Translations under genes and position numbers: made by a program | In this document: one piece after another, positions 10,038-20,736 of the stretch | How positions within the stretch are numbered: position 1 is the first letter of the stretch | Layout of the letters: each line of letters begins with the position of its first letter | The notes under the pieces: generated by a model | Told to the model about the DNA's origin: nothing | Seen by the model: only the letters and a program-made list of their open reading frames with translations | The model's database searches: none | Assembly (NCBI GenBank): GCA_963837955.1 | Contig: CAWIPH010000002.1 | Span: 4,736,001-4,800,000, forward strand | Direction: 5' to 3' | From: an uncultured Verrucomicrobiae bacterium | GTDB lineage: Bacteria; Verrucomicrobiota; Verrucomicrobiia; Chthoniobacterales; JAFAMB01 | Length of the DNA stretch: 64,000 bases

Positions 10038-10920
10038 ACATCGATTTGCGGGAGTCTTATCACTTTTCGGATTGATCGCTTGCTTGGCGGGTTGCTCCAA
10101 TTTCGGGGGCTTTAGCACCGCTAAGAGTACCCTCTGGCGTGTTCACGGAGACCACAACACCGTTTACCTGCTCGGTTCGGTCCATATTTTGCCGAAAAAC
10201 GCTTATCCACTCCATCCGGCGTTGGAACATGCGTTCGCGGATTCGCAAAAAGTAGCTTTCGAAGTGGATATTGGCCGGGCAACGGGCGGGCGGGTACAAC
10301 AAGCATTCAGCGAAATAGGGGCTTATTCCAAAGGAGACGATCTGTCGCACCATGTCTCTCCAGAAACGGTGCGAATCGTCAGACTGGCCTGTGCAGAGCT
10401 TGGGGTTTCCTACGAGAAAGCAAAAAAATTCAAGCCGTCTCTGCTGTCCGAACTCTTGGCCCTCCGTTATACGGAGTTGGCCGGTTTTCGCGAGGAACTT
10501 GGAGTCGACATCTATTTTTATCAGCGGGCCAAGGCTCTCAACAAATCAATCTTCGGTCTAGAGACAATTAGCGATCAAGCACACGTGCTCGTTCAGAATG
10601 AAAAGACAGGCGAGCTGCGTCTTGTTTTGACTATCGAAAGACTGCCCGAGTACAAGAGTGCGCTAGCCCAAATGGTCCAGGCTTGGCGTAACGGGCAGGT
10701 CGAGGTTTTGGACCAATTTTTGAATCAGGACGAACGGAATGACCCGGAAACATTTTATCGGATGTTCGCCAGGCGAAACGCTCGATGGCTTCCGCAGATT
10801 GAAAGGCTAACCCACGAAAACCTGAACTGCCTTGTTGTAGTCGGGGCGGGGCATCTGGTCGGTAGTCACGGTCTCGTCGAAACGCTTCGTAGCCACGGTT
10901 ACAGAGTCGAACAGCTCTAG
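10015..10920 (+). CDS. TraB/GumN family lipoprotein
   Basis: Lipobox LAGC, YLLGSVH, GVD, GLETISDQ, RN.RW, VVGAGHL.G. Confidence 0.88.
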   Translation: MKIRPQVEHRFAGVLSLFGLIACLAGCSNFGGFSTAKSTLWRVHGDHNTVYLLGSVHILPKNAYPLHPALEHAFADSQKVAFEVDIGRATGGRVQQAFSEIGAYSKGDDLSHHVSPETVRIVRLACAELGVSYEKAKKFKPSLLSELLALRYTELAGFREELGVDIYFYQRAKALNKSIFGLETISDQAHVLVQNEKTGELRLVLTIERLPEYKSALAQMVQAWRNGQVEVLDQFLNQDERNDPETFYRMFARRNARWLPQIERLTHENLNCLVVVGAGHLVGSHGLVETLRSHGYRVEQL

Positions 10921-10983
10921 TGGATTGTATCGCGAATCGGATACAACAACTAAGGTTCCGGGATCTCGCCTAGGCAAAGTCTC

Positions 10984-12450
10984 CTACTCCCCGAAGGCCT
11001 GAGCCTCCGCTTTCAGACCATCGGCTACTATTTCTACTTTGATTAAGTTTGTTTTTCCCGTGACGTTGTAAGGAGTACCGGCAGCGATCGCCAAAACATC
11101 GTCCGGCTGCGCCTTAAGAATTTTTGTTGCCGCCTCGGCGCTCAAGCGCACCAAGTGAGCCGTGCTGGTGATCATGGGAACCAATGCCGGTTCGACACCC
11201 CAGGTCAGGCTCATCCGTCGACAAGTCTCTGGAGACGTACACAGCGCGATGATTGGCATCTTTGGACGGTGGCAAGCAACCCGTCGCGGCGTTGTGCCCG
11301 AGGTTGTAGCGGTGATGATTGCGCGCGCGGAAACAGTGCTGGCAATCATCGCCGTTGCCTGCCCTACGGCCGCATCGAGATCTGCATTCCGGGATAGCTC
11401 CGGTAATCCAGGAAGCTCACCGTTCAACCAAGCCCGTTCCGCACGGGCCGCGATTGTCGCCATAGTCGCCACTACCTCCGCCGGAAACTTGCCGACAGCA
11501 GACTCGCCAGACAGCATTACCGCGTCCGTTCCGTCCAAGATCGCGTTGGCTACGTCCGCTGCTTCGGCACGCGTCGGCTTATGGAAGCTCGTCATAGATT
11601 CCAACATTTGCGTGGCCGTAATCACGGGTACGCCGGCCTGCCGACAGGCGGAAATAATCTGCTTCTGGGCGATGGGCACGTCTTCGAAGCTCATTTCCAG
11701 GGCCAGATCACCGCGAGCCACCATGACGCCATAGCATTCCTTTGTTATGTTTTCGATGTCCTCCAGCGCATTCTTTCGTTCGATCTTCGCGATAACCGGA
11801 ATGCTAGCGCCGCGTTCCGCCAAAGCTTGCTTCAAGAAACGGACATCAGAAGCGGATTGTACAAATGAGAGAGCCAGAAAGTCGAGTTGCTCGCTCACCG
11901 CAAAATCCAGGTCTTGGTAATCTTTCGTCGTCAACGAAGGTAACGAGACGCGCCTATTTTTTAGGTTTACTCCCTTGTTACTTTTGAGGTCACCTCCTCT
12001 TAGAATCTCGCAAAGAACTTCGCCGCGCGGTAGCAACTGGACCACTTGGAGTTCAATGTTGCCGTCATCCAGCAGAATAATGGTTCCAGGCGCCACATCA
12101 TTCGCCAGGCCCCGAAAACTGACAGCGATACGCTCTGGAGTTCCAATCACCGGCTCAGGCGATAGAATGATTTTGCTGCCGTTTTCCAAGGTGATCATTC
12201 CATTCTGCATCTCACCCACCCGGATGCGGGGACCGCGCAAATCGCCGAGGATACCGACCGAAACATTCAGTTTATCGGCAACCCAGCGAACACGTTCGAC
12301 TAACGGTTTGGCCTGCTCAGCGGATCGATGTGAGAAGTTAAGCCGGACAACGTCCATGCCAGCCTCAATTAGGCGGCCGAGCATGTCCTCGCTCTCACTG
12401 GCGGGCCCGATTGTTGCAACGATCTTGGTTCTCTTTACGGGTCGCGCCAT
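10984..12450 (-). CDS. pyk: Pyruvate kinase
   Basis: RTKIVATIGPAS, RLNFSH, VMVARGDL, ITATQMLESM, PTRAE..DVANAILDGTDAVMLSGE. Confidence 0.96.
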   Translation of the reverse strand: MARPVKRTKIVATIGPASESEDMLGRLIEAGMDVVRLNFSHRSAEQAKPLVERVRWVADKLNVSVGILGDLRGPRIRVGEMQNGMITLENGSKIILSPEPVIGTPERIAVSFRGLANDVAPGTIILLDDGNIELQVVQLLPRGEVLCEILRGGDLKSNKGVNLKNRRVSLPSLTTKDYQDLDFAVSEQLDFLALSFVQSASDVRFLKQALAERGASIPVIAKIERKNALEDIENITKECYGVMVARGDLALEMSFEDVPIAQKQIISACRQAGVPVITATQMLESMTSFHKPTRAEAADVANAILDGTDAVMLSGESAVGKFPAEVVATMATIAARAERAWLNGELPGLPELSRNADLDAAVGQATAMIASTVSARAIITATTSGTTPRRVACHRPKMPIIALCTSPETCRRMSLTWGVEPALVPMITSTAHLVRLSAEAATKILKAQPDDVLAIAAGTPYNVTGKTNLIKVEIVADGLKAEAQAFGE

Positions 12451-12535
12451 GGTTCGCACCGTTGCGCAGAGTGCGGCCGTTCACAAGGCTGAAACCGTTC
12501 GATGACTCCAAGAGGGCGGCCGGTCAGCCACCGAA

Positions 12536-12925
12536 TTACTCCAAGACGTTAAATCCAGTCGTCCTGAGTGCTTTGAGTGCCTCGGCCAACTGGCGATCGC
12601 GGACCAGAATGTAATCGGTATCAAAGGTGCCGACCGGCAAGATTCCGATCCCGGCATGGGCTAGAGGAACCGCGACCGAAACAAGAATTCCAACCAGGTC
12701 CAAATCCAGCGGACCTTCGATTTTTATAGCCCGCCACCCACGGCTAGCCCGAACATTTTCGGGCACCGAGTCGCTAGCACAGATGACAGAAAGCTGTTCC
12801 ATGGTCCGCGAGAGGGAGAAAAAACCTCCTTGAGTTGCCCAAGGGGGTATCTCCTGTCCGCGCTCGAGTCGGCATACCGCAAGCACGTCGGGTAACAACG
12901 ACAATTTTAGTTTGGGCGGCTCCAT
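12536..12925 (-). CDS. ACT-domain protein (ACT_7/CASTOR-like)
   Basis: FFSLSRT.EQLSVIC, GPLD..LVGIL, TFDTDYILV. Confidence 0.85.
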   Translation of the reverse strand: MEPPKLKLSLLPDVLAVCRLERGQEIPPWATQGGFFSLSRTMEQLSVICASDSVPENVRASRGWRAIKIEGPLDLDLVGILVSVAVPLAHAGIGILPVGTFDTDYILVRDRQLAEALKALRTTGFNVLE

Positions 12926-13039
12926 GGGATCGACAACATGGCAGAGCTATGGGATTTGCGCTACTAAGACTTGCGAAAAAACTGGCCTGCATCCTTCGTT
13001 GCAAATCGGCCAATTGCGTGCGTCCTTCGCGTTCTTCCA

Positions 13040-14287
13040 ATGGAAATTCAACGCCTACCCGGATTCCGCGACTTTTATCCGCACGAGTACGCGTGGCGGA
13101 ACTACATTTTTGAGGGTTGGCGTACTTGCGCGCGTTCTTTTGGTTTTGTCGAGTATGACGGACCAACCTTGGAATCAACTGATCTTTACCGAAAAAAGAG
13201 CGGGGAGGAGCTGAAAACTCAACTGTTCCGATTTCTCGATCCGGGCGAACGCGATATATGCCTTCGTCCAGAAATGACTCCTACGCTGGCCAGGCTGGTG
13301 GCGGCACGCGAACGTGATTTCAAAAAGCCGATCAAGTGGTTCAGTATCGACTCTTTCTTTCGCTTTGAAAAACCGCAGAAAGGCAGGCTAAGAGAATTCT
13401 TCCAAGTAAATTGCGACTTGATCGGTGATTCGTCCGCGGCTGCGGATGCCGAGCTGATCGCGCTTGCTGTGGCCATGTTCCGGGTATTCGGCTTAACTGA
13501 GGAAGACTTCTACGTTCGAGTAAATAATCGGTCGCTCTGGCTCGATTTTATTCAAAAACGCGCTATCCCAGCCGAACGATTGACTGAATTTCTCGCGGTG
13601 ATTGACAAGATCGAACGCGAAGAAGAGAGCGTCACAGCGAGGAAATTGGCGGCTTTCAACGTCACTTGGGAGGATGTGCAGGCCTTTTTGCAAACTCCCG
13701 CCGAATCCATTCCCGGATTCGAGGCTCTTTCCCAAGAGCTCCGATGGCGAGGAGTAGCCGAAATGGTGAAGTTGGATCTTACCGTCGTTCGGGGTCTTGA
13801 TTATTACACCGGGCTGGTATTCGAAGTTTTCGATCGCCAACGTCAAAATCGAGCCCTGGCTGGCGGAGGCCGATACGACAATCTTATCAACGTCATTAGT
13901 GACGGGGCGGTAGATCTTCCAGCCGCTGGGTTTGCCATCGGCGACGTGGTATTGCAAAACCTTCTGCAGGAGCTCCCCCACAGCCGAACTCGAGCGGAGG
14001 AAGCCCTGGCAACGAACCGATGTCGCGCTTTTGTTATCGTCGCAGACGAGACTCGCCGCCCCGAAGCCCTGCAGTTAGTCGCTACGCTCCGAGAGAGCCG
14101 GATCGTGACTGATTTTTCTCTCCAGCCAATCAAGGTCGCCAAGCAATTTCAGATGGCGGAATCGCTCGGAGCTCAGTTTGCTGTGCTGGTAGGCCAGGAG
14201 TGGCCCCAGGTGAAGCTGAAGAATCTGCTCCAACGCGAGGAGACGACCGTTTCGACGGAAGCATTAGTAAACCTGCTTAAATCGTAA
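13040..14287 (+). CDS. hisS: Histidyl-tRNA synthetase
   Basis: PGFRDFYP, LRPEMTP, GRLREFFQ, VRGLDYYTG, GGGRYD. Confidence 0.96.
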   Translation: MEIQRLPGFRDFYPHEYAWRNYIFEGWRTCARSFGFVEYDGPTLESTDLYRKKSGEELKTQLFRFLDPGERDICLRPEMTPTLARLVAARERDFKKPIKWFSIDSFFRFEKPQKGRLREFFQVNCDLIGDSSAAADAELIALAVAMFRVFGLTEEDFYVRVNNRSLWLDFIQKRAIPAERLTEFLAVIDKIEREEESVTARKLAAFNVTWEDVQAFLQTPAESIPGFEALSQELRWRGVAEMVKLDLTVVRGLDYYTGLVFEVFDRQRQNRALAGGGRYDNLINVISDGAVDLPAAGFAIGDVVLQNLLQELPHSRTRAEEALATNRCRAFVIVADETRRPEALQLVATLRESRIVTDFSLQPIKVAKQFQMAESLGAQFAVLVGQEWPQVKLKNLLQREETTVSTEALVNLLKS

Positions 14288-14297
14288 AGCTCTAAGA

Positions 14298-16073
14298 ATG
14301 TATCGCACGCATCATTGCAACGAACTCCGCGCCGATCACGTTGGAAAAGAAGTTACCTTGGTCGGATGGGTCGCGTCACGACGCGACCACGGCGGCGTCA
14401 TTTTTATCGATCTTCGCGACCGGGAGGGGCTAACTCAGGTCGTCTTTCGGCCCGATGAATTTCCGAATATTGCCAAAGAAGCGCACGCGTTGCACGACGA
14501 GGAAGTCATTCAGATTTCTGGTCTGGTGGCAAAACGATTGGAAGGGACGGCCAATCCGAAGCTAGCGACCGGCGAAATCGAGGTAGTCGCATCGAAGTTG
14601 ACCATTTTAAATCGGTGCGCACCCTTACCATTCCAGTTAGATGCAGCCTTGAGTAACGAAGACCTGCGGCTGACGTATCGTTATTTGGATCTGCGACGTC
14701 CGGCGATGGTACGCCAATTGAAGACCAGGCACGTGCTCAATAAGGTCGCCCGCGAATATCTCGACCGAAATGGCTTTCTCGAGATCGAAACTCCAATCTT
14801 GTCGAAGAGCACCCCGGAGGGCGCGCGCGAATTTCTAGTTCCGAGTCGATTGATACCAGGCCATTTTTACGCTCTTTCCCAATCGCCGCAGCAATACAAG
14901 CAGCTCTTGATGGTGGGAGGAGTCGAAAAGTATTTCCAGCTCGCCAAATGCTTTCGGGACGAAGATCCACGCGCCGACCGGATCACTGAACTCACCCAGA
15001 TTGACATAGAGGCGTCTTTCATTGAGGTCGGCGACATCTTTCGGTTAGTCGAAGGGCTGCTCCGGGAGATCTTCTTGGCGACTCGGAACATCGATATCCC
15101 CCTTCCATTCATTCGCCTGACGTATCAGGAGGCAATGAATCGCTTCGGCAGCGACAAGCCGGATCTTCGATTTGCTACAGAGATAGCGGAACTGAGCGAC
15201 CTGTTTCGGGAAACACAGTTTAAGGTCTTCCGCTCCGCCTTGGATCAGGGGGGCGTTGTTAAAGCGATCAACGCCAAACGATTCGCCGGGATCACTACCG
15301 GACAAATCGAAGATCTTACTAACCTAGCAAAGCTAACGGGAGCCAAAGGGCTCGCCTTTATTAAGGTTGAGAACGGGGAATGGAAATCGCCGATTGTAAA
15401 GTTCTTCTCGCCTTCGGAAAAAGCAGAGCTTCAGCGCAGGCTAGAAATCGAAGAGGGTGATTTAATCCTGTTCGGTGCAGATAGCTGGGAAATCGTCTGC
15501 ACTGTGCTTGGGCGAATCCGGCTAAAGATTGCCGAATTAACCGGGCTTATCACCGATCCAGACGAACTCCGCTTTCTATGGGTAACGGATTTCCCGCTAA
15601 TGGGGTTCGATGCAGCAGAAAATAAATGGAATGCGATGCATCATCCTTTCACTCGACCGAAAACTGAGGATCTTCCTCTCTTAGAGCGGGCAGAGTTTGG
15701 CAAAATCCGGGCCGAAGCCTATGACGTCGTGTTAAACGGAGTGGAGATCGGTGGAGGCAGCTTGCGGATTCACGAACGCGAGCTGCAACAAAAAGTTTTT
15801 ACCGTTTTGGGCATCTCGCCTGAGCAGCAGGAGCGACTCTTCCGTCATCTGATCGAGGCGTTTTCCTTTGGCACCCCTCCTCACGGCGGAATCGCGCTGG
15901 GTATTGATCGGCTACTTATGCTGATTACGAACACCTCAAACATTCGGGACGTCATTGCTTTTCCGAAAAACAGCCGAGGCCAGGATTTGATGATGGGCGC
16001 CCCGAGTACTGTCTCACCCAATCAGCTGAGGGATCTTCATCTAACTCTGAAAAAGAGCGACTCAGCGAAGTGA
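14298..16073 (+). CDS. aspS: Aspartyl-tRNA synthetase (probably non-discriminating: RRDHGG His signature)
   Basis: YRTHHC, RRDHGGVIFIDLRD, STPEGAR, FRDED, GAD domain, PPHGGIALGIDR. Confidence 0.96.
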   Translation: MYRTHHCNELRADHVGKEVTLVGWVASRRDHGGVIFIDLRDREGLTQVVFRPDEFPNIAKEAHALHDEEVIQISGLVAKRLEGTANPKLATGEIEVVASKLTILNRCAPLPFQLDAALSNEDLRLTYRYLDLRRPAMVRQLKTRHVLNKVAREYLDRNGFLEIETPILSKSTPEGAREFLVPSRLIPGHFYALSQSPQQYKQLLMVGGVEKYFQLAKCFRDEDPRADRITELTQIDIEASFIEVGDIFRLVEGLLREIFLATRNIDIPLPFIRLTYQEAMNRFGSDKPDLRFATEIAELSDLFRETQFKVFRSALDQGGVVKAINAKRFAGITTGQIEDLTNLAKLTGAKGLAFIKVENGEWKSPIVKFFSPSEKAELQRRLEIEEGDLILFGADSWEIVCTVLGRIRLKIAELTGLITDPDELRFLWVTDFPLMGFDAAENKWNAMHHPFTRPKTEDLPLLERAEFGKIRAEAYDVVLNGVEIGGGSLRIHERELQQKVFTVLGISPEQQERLFRHLIEAFSFGTPPHGGIALGIDRLLMLITNTSNIRDVIAFPKNSRGQDLMMGAPSTVSPNQLRDLHLTLKKSDSAK

Positions 16074-16092
16074 AACGCGCTGACGATCACAG

Positions 16093-16122
16093 AAAAAAGG
16101 CGGCCGAAAAAGGCCGCCTCTT
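16093..16122. terminator. Intrinsic terminator between convergent aspS and FKBP genes
   Basis: Stem AGGCGGCC-gaaaaa-GGCCGCCT with A-run on the left (T-run on the minus strand). Confidence 0.75.
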
Positions 16123-16140
16123 AGTCCAATCGGAGAGTCC

Positions 16141-16932
16141 TTATTTGGGAGGACTAACGCTCGGCTGAGCGGCGCTGGTCTCCTTCTTGATATTCAAGAG
16201 TTCTACCTCAAAAACCAAGGTTGAACCTGGGGCAATGTCTTCTCCTTCACCTTCGTCTCCGTAAGCGAGCTCTGAAGGAATATAGAGCTCCCACTTTGAA
16301 CCAACCGGCATCAGCTTAAGCGCTTCTGACCAACCCTTAATCACTTCGTTCACCGGAAAACTAACTGGACCACCGTTTTTCTCCGAGCTATCAAACTCTT
16401 TCCCGTCGATGAAAGTGCCCTTATAATTTACTTCAACGGTGTCGGTATCCTTCGGCTTCTCTCCAGCCCCACTCTTAACGACCTTGTATTGCAACCCGTC
16501 CGGCAGTGTGGTTATGCCCTGCTTCTTCCCATTGTCTGCGAGAAATTTTTTGCCATCGACTTTATTTTTGTCGGCCGCTGTCTTCATCTCCTCTTGTTTC
16601 TTAGCCATCTCCTGTTCCTGTTTTTGCGCCAGGCTCTGCTGAAAGCCTTGCATTGTCTGAGTGAGTTCTTCCTCAGTCAAAGCGGTTGGCTTTTTATTCA
16701 GGATATCCAGGATGCCTTGAGTCAGCGCAGGCTGATTGAATTCGACCTGCAGGCGAAGAAGCGTTCGACCGATATCCGTGCCTATAGCATAGCTAAGCTT
16801 ATCTTTGTCGTCTTTTAACGCCGAACTTGCAGCTCCAGGGGAACCGGAGGGCGACGGGCTCGGCTTGTCGTCCGCGGCATAGGCAGCCGTCGAAACCGCG
16901 AGGACCGCAAGAATAATTCGTGTGCGTTTCAT
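16141..16932 (-). CDS. fkpA: Periplasmic FKBP-type peptidyl-prolyl isomerase (FkpA/Mip-like)
   Basis: Signal peptide, SYAIG dimerisation domain, GLQY, V.Y.GT.IDG.EFDSS, VIKGW.EAL, IP.ELAYG, LVFEVEL. Confidence 0.9.
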   Translation of the reverse strand: MKRTRIILAVLAVSTAAYAADDKPSPSPSGSPGAASSALKDDKDKLSYAIGTDIGRTLLRLQVEFNQPALTQGILDILNKKPTALTEEELTQTMQGFQQSLAQKQEQEMAKKQEEMKTAADKNKVDGKKFLADNGKKQGITTLPDGLQYKVVKSGAGEKPKDTDTVEVNYKGTFIDGKEFDSSEKNGGPVSFPVNEVIKGWSEALKLMPVGSKWELYIPSELAYGDEGEGEDIAPGSTLVFEVELLNIKKETSAAQPSVSPPK

Positions 16933-17108
16933 AAGCATCCGGCGAGCCTCATCGCAAAGGGAATAACCTGCAACCGGATTTTAATCACACATTGCAAGCA
17001 AAAACCGCGTTCCAAAACCTGGCATCTGGCCCGCCTGCAACTACTTGGGAAAACTGCAATTCGATTAGAGTTCCCGTCCGGTCGCGCATGGTTGGGAGGT
17101 CCGCGCCC

Positions 17109-18965
17109 TCAATTACTTTGATCGTTTTGCCCGCCTTCCTCGTCCTGTTCAGAGTTCTTTTTTGCGTCATTCGCTTGATCCTTAAAGAGGACCCGAAGGA
17201 GGTCACCAATGATTGGCGCAGCCTTGGTGCCGCCATGAGCATATTCACCGGGGGCTCCTTCGTACAGTGCGGCATAGGCGTACTGTGGGTTATCGGCGGG
17301 CGCAAAACCTGCAAACCAAGCGGCCGTTCGCTCTTTACTTTTTGGCCCCCATTGGGCGGTTCCTGTTTTCCCGGCTACTTTCACACCGTTCACGGCAGCT
17401 GAACCGGCTGTACCGTTTTTGCTATTCACTACACCGAGCATCGCTTGACGCAGCTCTTCCCGAGTCACCGCACTTAGATTGAGGATATCTCTCGGGCGAG
17501 GGCCATAGCTATAGATCACCTCGTTGTTCAGCGTTTGGACCTGTCGGACAATGTGGCTCTGGTATAACGTTCCGCCATTAGCAATCGTTGCCATCGCCTG
17601 CGCCATCTGAAGCGGTGTAATCAAGATATCTCCTTGGCCGATGGCGAAGTTAGCCAGATCACCGGCTAGAAAATGGCGCTGGTAAGTTGCTTGCATGTAA
17701 TCGTCGGTGGGAATGCGGCCTTCGGCTTCTCCATTTAGCGAAACACCCGTGCGTTTTCCAAGTCCCAGCCGCTGCGCCCAGTTAACCATCTTGGAGGCTC
17801 CTAACTTGAGACCGAGCTGATAGAACCAAGTGTTGCAAGACTGGGTTAGTGCATCACGAAAATTCAAACTGCCAGCGTCGTTTTTCTTCCAGTTATGAAA
17901 CACCAAATTACCTATCTCAAATGCCGAAGGACATTCAAATTCGTCATCTGGGCTAAGCATATGGCTTTCGAAGGCGGCCACACCCATAAACACTTTGAAG
18001 GTGGAACCCGCCGGATAGGCAGATCGATAAGCACGGGGGAGCAGTGGAATATTAGGGTCGCTATTCAGTTTTTGAAATTTCTGTTCCGAAATGCTCGGTA
18101 CGAAATCGTTTGGGTCGATCATCGGCCAAGATGCCAACGCCAAAATCTCTCCGGTGTGAGGATCCATGACTACCAGCGCTCCTTTTTTGCAACGCTTCTT
18201 GAGGATCTGTTCGGCCAGCCGTTGGATCTCGGCGTCCAGTGTGGTGACGACATTGTACCCCGGTTGCGGCGGGGACGCGATCCGTTGACCGGTTAGTTTC
18301 CCGCCCTTGTCGAACACCAGGTTAAGTTCGCCTGTCTTACCCCGAAGCTGATCATCGAAGGTCTGCTCGAGGCCTTCCCGTCCCTCGCTATCCGGCCAAA
18401 GCAGATCGTTATTCTGCAACACTTTAGTTTGACTACCACTCGTCCGTCCGGTGTAGCCGATTATGTGTCCAGCCAAAGATCCCTGAGGATAGGTTCGAAG
18501 ATATATCGCCCGTAACGTAAGACCTTCCGGCAAATGATCCTTAATCCTGTCTACCTCGTCAGCCGGAAGATCCGAGGCAATATCGAATGGGATCAATCCA
18601 CGATTGCGATAATGTTGGATAACCGAGTCGGGCGTATAATTGAGCGGACGCTGCGTGAGGTTCCTCGCCAGGTTCGCTTGGCGGCCCGCGAAGTCGACAA
18701 TCTGCTGATCGGTGAACTCCAGCGGCGTAGGGAAAACAATGCTCAGATTGTGGCTAACGCGCGTCTGCGCCAGAGGTAACCCGTTTCGGTCGGTGATTAA
18801 CCCACGCGGCGCGGGGATAGTCAGCAAGAAAGCCGCGGCTTGGCGTTGCGTTTCCCAGCTCGGTTTGATGACCGATGAGGCACTCGGGGTTGGCGTTGAT
18901 TCTTGGGCTGGGCAAACAGAAGCAAGGCTAATGAGCAGAGCCCAGGGGAACAGTCGCGGCATCAT
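17109..18965 (-). CDS. mrdA: Class B penicillin-binding protein (PBP2/MrdA-like)
   Basis: PAPRG.I.DRNG, GREGLE, SxxK (STFK), SxN (SCN), KTG (KTGT). Confidence 0.88.
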   Translation of the reverse strand: MMPRLFPWALLISLASVCPAQESTPTPSASSVIKPSWETQRQAAAFLLTIPAPRGLITDRNGLPLAQTRVSHNLSIVFPTPLEFTDQQIVDFAGRQANLARNLTQRPLNYTPDSVIQHYRNRGLIPFDIASDLPADEVDRIKDHLPEGLTLRAIYLRTYPQGSLAGHIIGYTGRTSGSQTKVLQNNDLLWPDSEGREGLEQTFDDQLRGKTGELNLVFDKGGKLTGQRIASPPQPGYNVVTTLDAEIQRLAEQILKKRCKKGALVVMDPHTGEILALASWPMIDPNDFVPSISEQKFQKLNSDPNIPLLPRAYRSAYPAGSTFKVFMGVAAFESHMLSPDDEFECPSAFEIGNLVFHNWKKNDAGSLNFRDALTQSCNTWFYQLGLKLGASKMVNWAQRLGLGKRTGVSLNGEAEGRIPTDDYMQATYQRHFLAGDLANFAIGQGDILITPLQMAQAMATIANGGTLYQSHIVRQVQTLNNEVIYSYGPRPRDILNLSAVTREELRQAMLGVVNSKNGTAGSAAVNGVKVAGKTGTAQWGPKSKERTAAWFAGFAPADNPQYAYAALYEGAPGEYAHGGTKAAPIIGDLLRVLFKDQANDAKKNSEQDEEGGQNDQSN

Positions 18966-19031
18966 GGAGCGACTAAGACAACATCGGTCGTCGTTCGGTG
19001 CAAATTTTTTCCGAGCATCTAAAACCGTAAC

Positions 19032-20600
19032 TCAGCGGTTCAAAAATCGCAGTATCGTCTCTGCCAGTTTATCACTGATTCCCGCTATACTCGATATTTC
19101 TTCGACCGAAGCGCGACGAAGACGTTCGACAGAACCAAATTTCTTCAGGAGCGCCTGTTTCCGATTTTCACTGATTCCCGGACAATCATCCAAAACACTT
19201 TCGGCAATCCGCTTCTTTAATAACAATTGGTGATAGCTATTCGCAAAGCGGTGGGCCTCATCGCGAATTCGTTGGAGCAACCGCAATGCACCCGAATCTT
19301 CGGGCAACGAAAGCGGGAGCGGACGACCCGGACGATAGATTTCCTCAAATTCTTTGGCCAGGCCAATGATCGGGACGCTGGCCAATCCCAGCCGTTGCAG
19401 CTCCCGGCACGCTGAACTGAGTTGGCCCTTTCCTCCGTCGACGATGATCAAATCAGGCAATCGTACGAGTCGCTCTGGACGAATCTGTCCGACCCTTTTC
19501 ATCGCCTCCTCGGTCGACTCTTGATTGAACTCGGCCAATTCGGGTGCGATCTCTCTACCCTCCAGCAAGATCCTGGAATAACGCCGCCGCACCACTTCAG
19601 CCATACTGGCAAAATCATCTTGGCCGGACACGGTACGGATGCGGTATCTACGGTAATTCGCTTTGTCCGGTACGCCGTTGCGGAAACTGACCATGGAGGC
19701 AACGATGTGCGTCGTTGAAATATTGGAAATATCAAAACATTCCATCACCGCTGGCGGACCGGGTAAGAGCAGCGCCTCGGCCAGCGTCTGGAGGTCCGTG
19801 GCGGGATCAATCGTCGAAGGCAGTGATCCTCGAGTGAATCGACGAGCCGGCCGCGTCGTCCTCCGCAAATCGTCGAGCATATTTCGGATATCAGCCGCTC
19901 GCTCAAACTCGAGCTTTTCTGCCGCTTTCTTCATCTCGGCCTCGAGTTGTTTCAGTAACTCGTGATTTTGCCCTTCCAGGAACTCACAGGCCTGCGCCAC
20001 GCGCGCCCGATATTCCTCTAACGAAACTTTTCGAATACATGGCGCCGAGCAGTTCTTGATGATGTGATCGAGGCAGCGTCGATAGTCACTTTCGCCGGGC
20101 TCGAAAACTCGACAGGAGCGAATTCCGAACCGTTTACGCATCCAGCCAAGTGTTGAACGCAGAGCTCCGGCGTGGGCGAATGGGCCAAAATAGCGACAGC
20201 CATCTTCCTTCTTCAATCGAGTCAGTTGGAATCGGGGAATCGGATCGTTAAGATTTACCTTTACCAGGAGAAATCGCTTATCGTCCCGGAAACTGATGTT
20301 GTATTTGGGCCGAAATTCTTTGATCAACTTGCCTTCCAGCAAGAGAGCTTCCGGCTCGCTGCGTACCTCGTGGATGTCAAAATCCCAGACACTATCGAGC
20401 AAGGCCCGCGTTTTCAGATCTGCAGTCATTTTCCGTGACGGCATGAAATATTGAGCGAGGCGTTTCCGCAGATCTCTGGCCTTGCCGACATAGATCACCC
20501 GCTTCAATCGATCCTTCATAAGATATACGCCTGGCTTATGAGGCACATCTCGGAGCTTGAGGTTCATGTCCGGCTTTTCGTGCAGAATCACCGATTCCAT
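19032..20600 (-). CDS. uvrC: Excinuclease ABC subunit C
   Basis: PGVYLM..IYVGKA (GIY-YIG), UVR domain, ECFDISN, PDLIIVDGGKGQL, RDEAHRFA, HhH. Confidence 0.95.
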   Translation of the reverse strand: MESVILHEKPDMNLKLRDVPHKPGVYLMKDRLKRVIYVGKARDLRKRLAQYFMPSRKMTADLKTRALLDSVWDFDIHEVRSEPEALLLEGKLIKEFRPKYNISFRDDKRFLLVKVNLNDPIPRFQLTRLKKEDGCRYFGPFAHAGALRSTLGWMRKRFGIRSCRVFEPGESDYRRCLDHIIKNCSAPCIRKVSLEEYRARVAQACEFLEGQNHELLKQLEAEMKKAAEKLEFERAADIRNMLDDLRRTTRPARRFTRGSLPSTIDPATDLQTLAEALLLPGPPAVMECFDISNISTTHIVASMVSFRNGVPDKANYRRYRIRTVSGQDDFASMAEVVRRRYSRILLEGREIAPELAEFNQESTEEAMKRVGQIRPERLVRLPDLIIVDGGKGQLSSACRELQRLGLASVPIIGLAKEFEEIYRPGRPLPLSLPEDSGALRLLQRIRDEAHRFANSYHQLLLKKRIAESVLDDCPGISENRKQALLKKFGSVERLRRASVEEISSIAGISDKLAETILRFLNR

Positions 20601-20736
20601 TGTTTCTGAAAATAGCCCGGCCAAACCCTAAAGTCTAAGTCAACGCAGGTGCCTCAGTATGGCTCCCTGGCGAACTATCTGAAACCGATCCGGTTTGCAC
20701 TTCGTCTGTTCGTGCGTTTAAATATTCGCCATCGCA

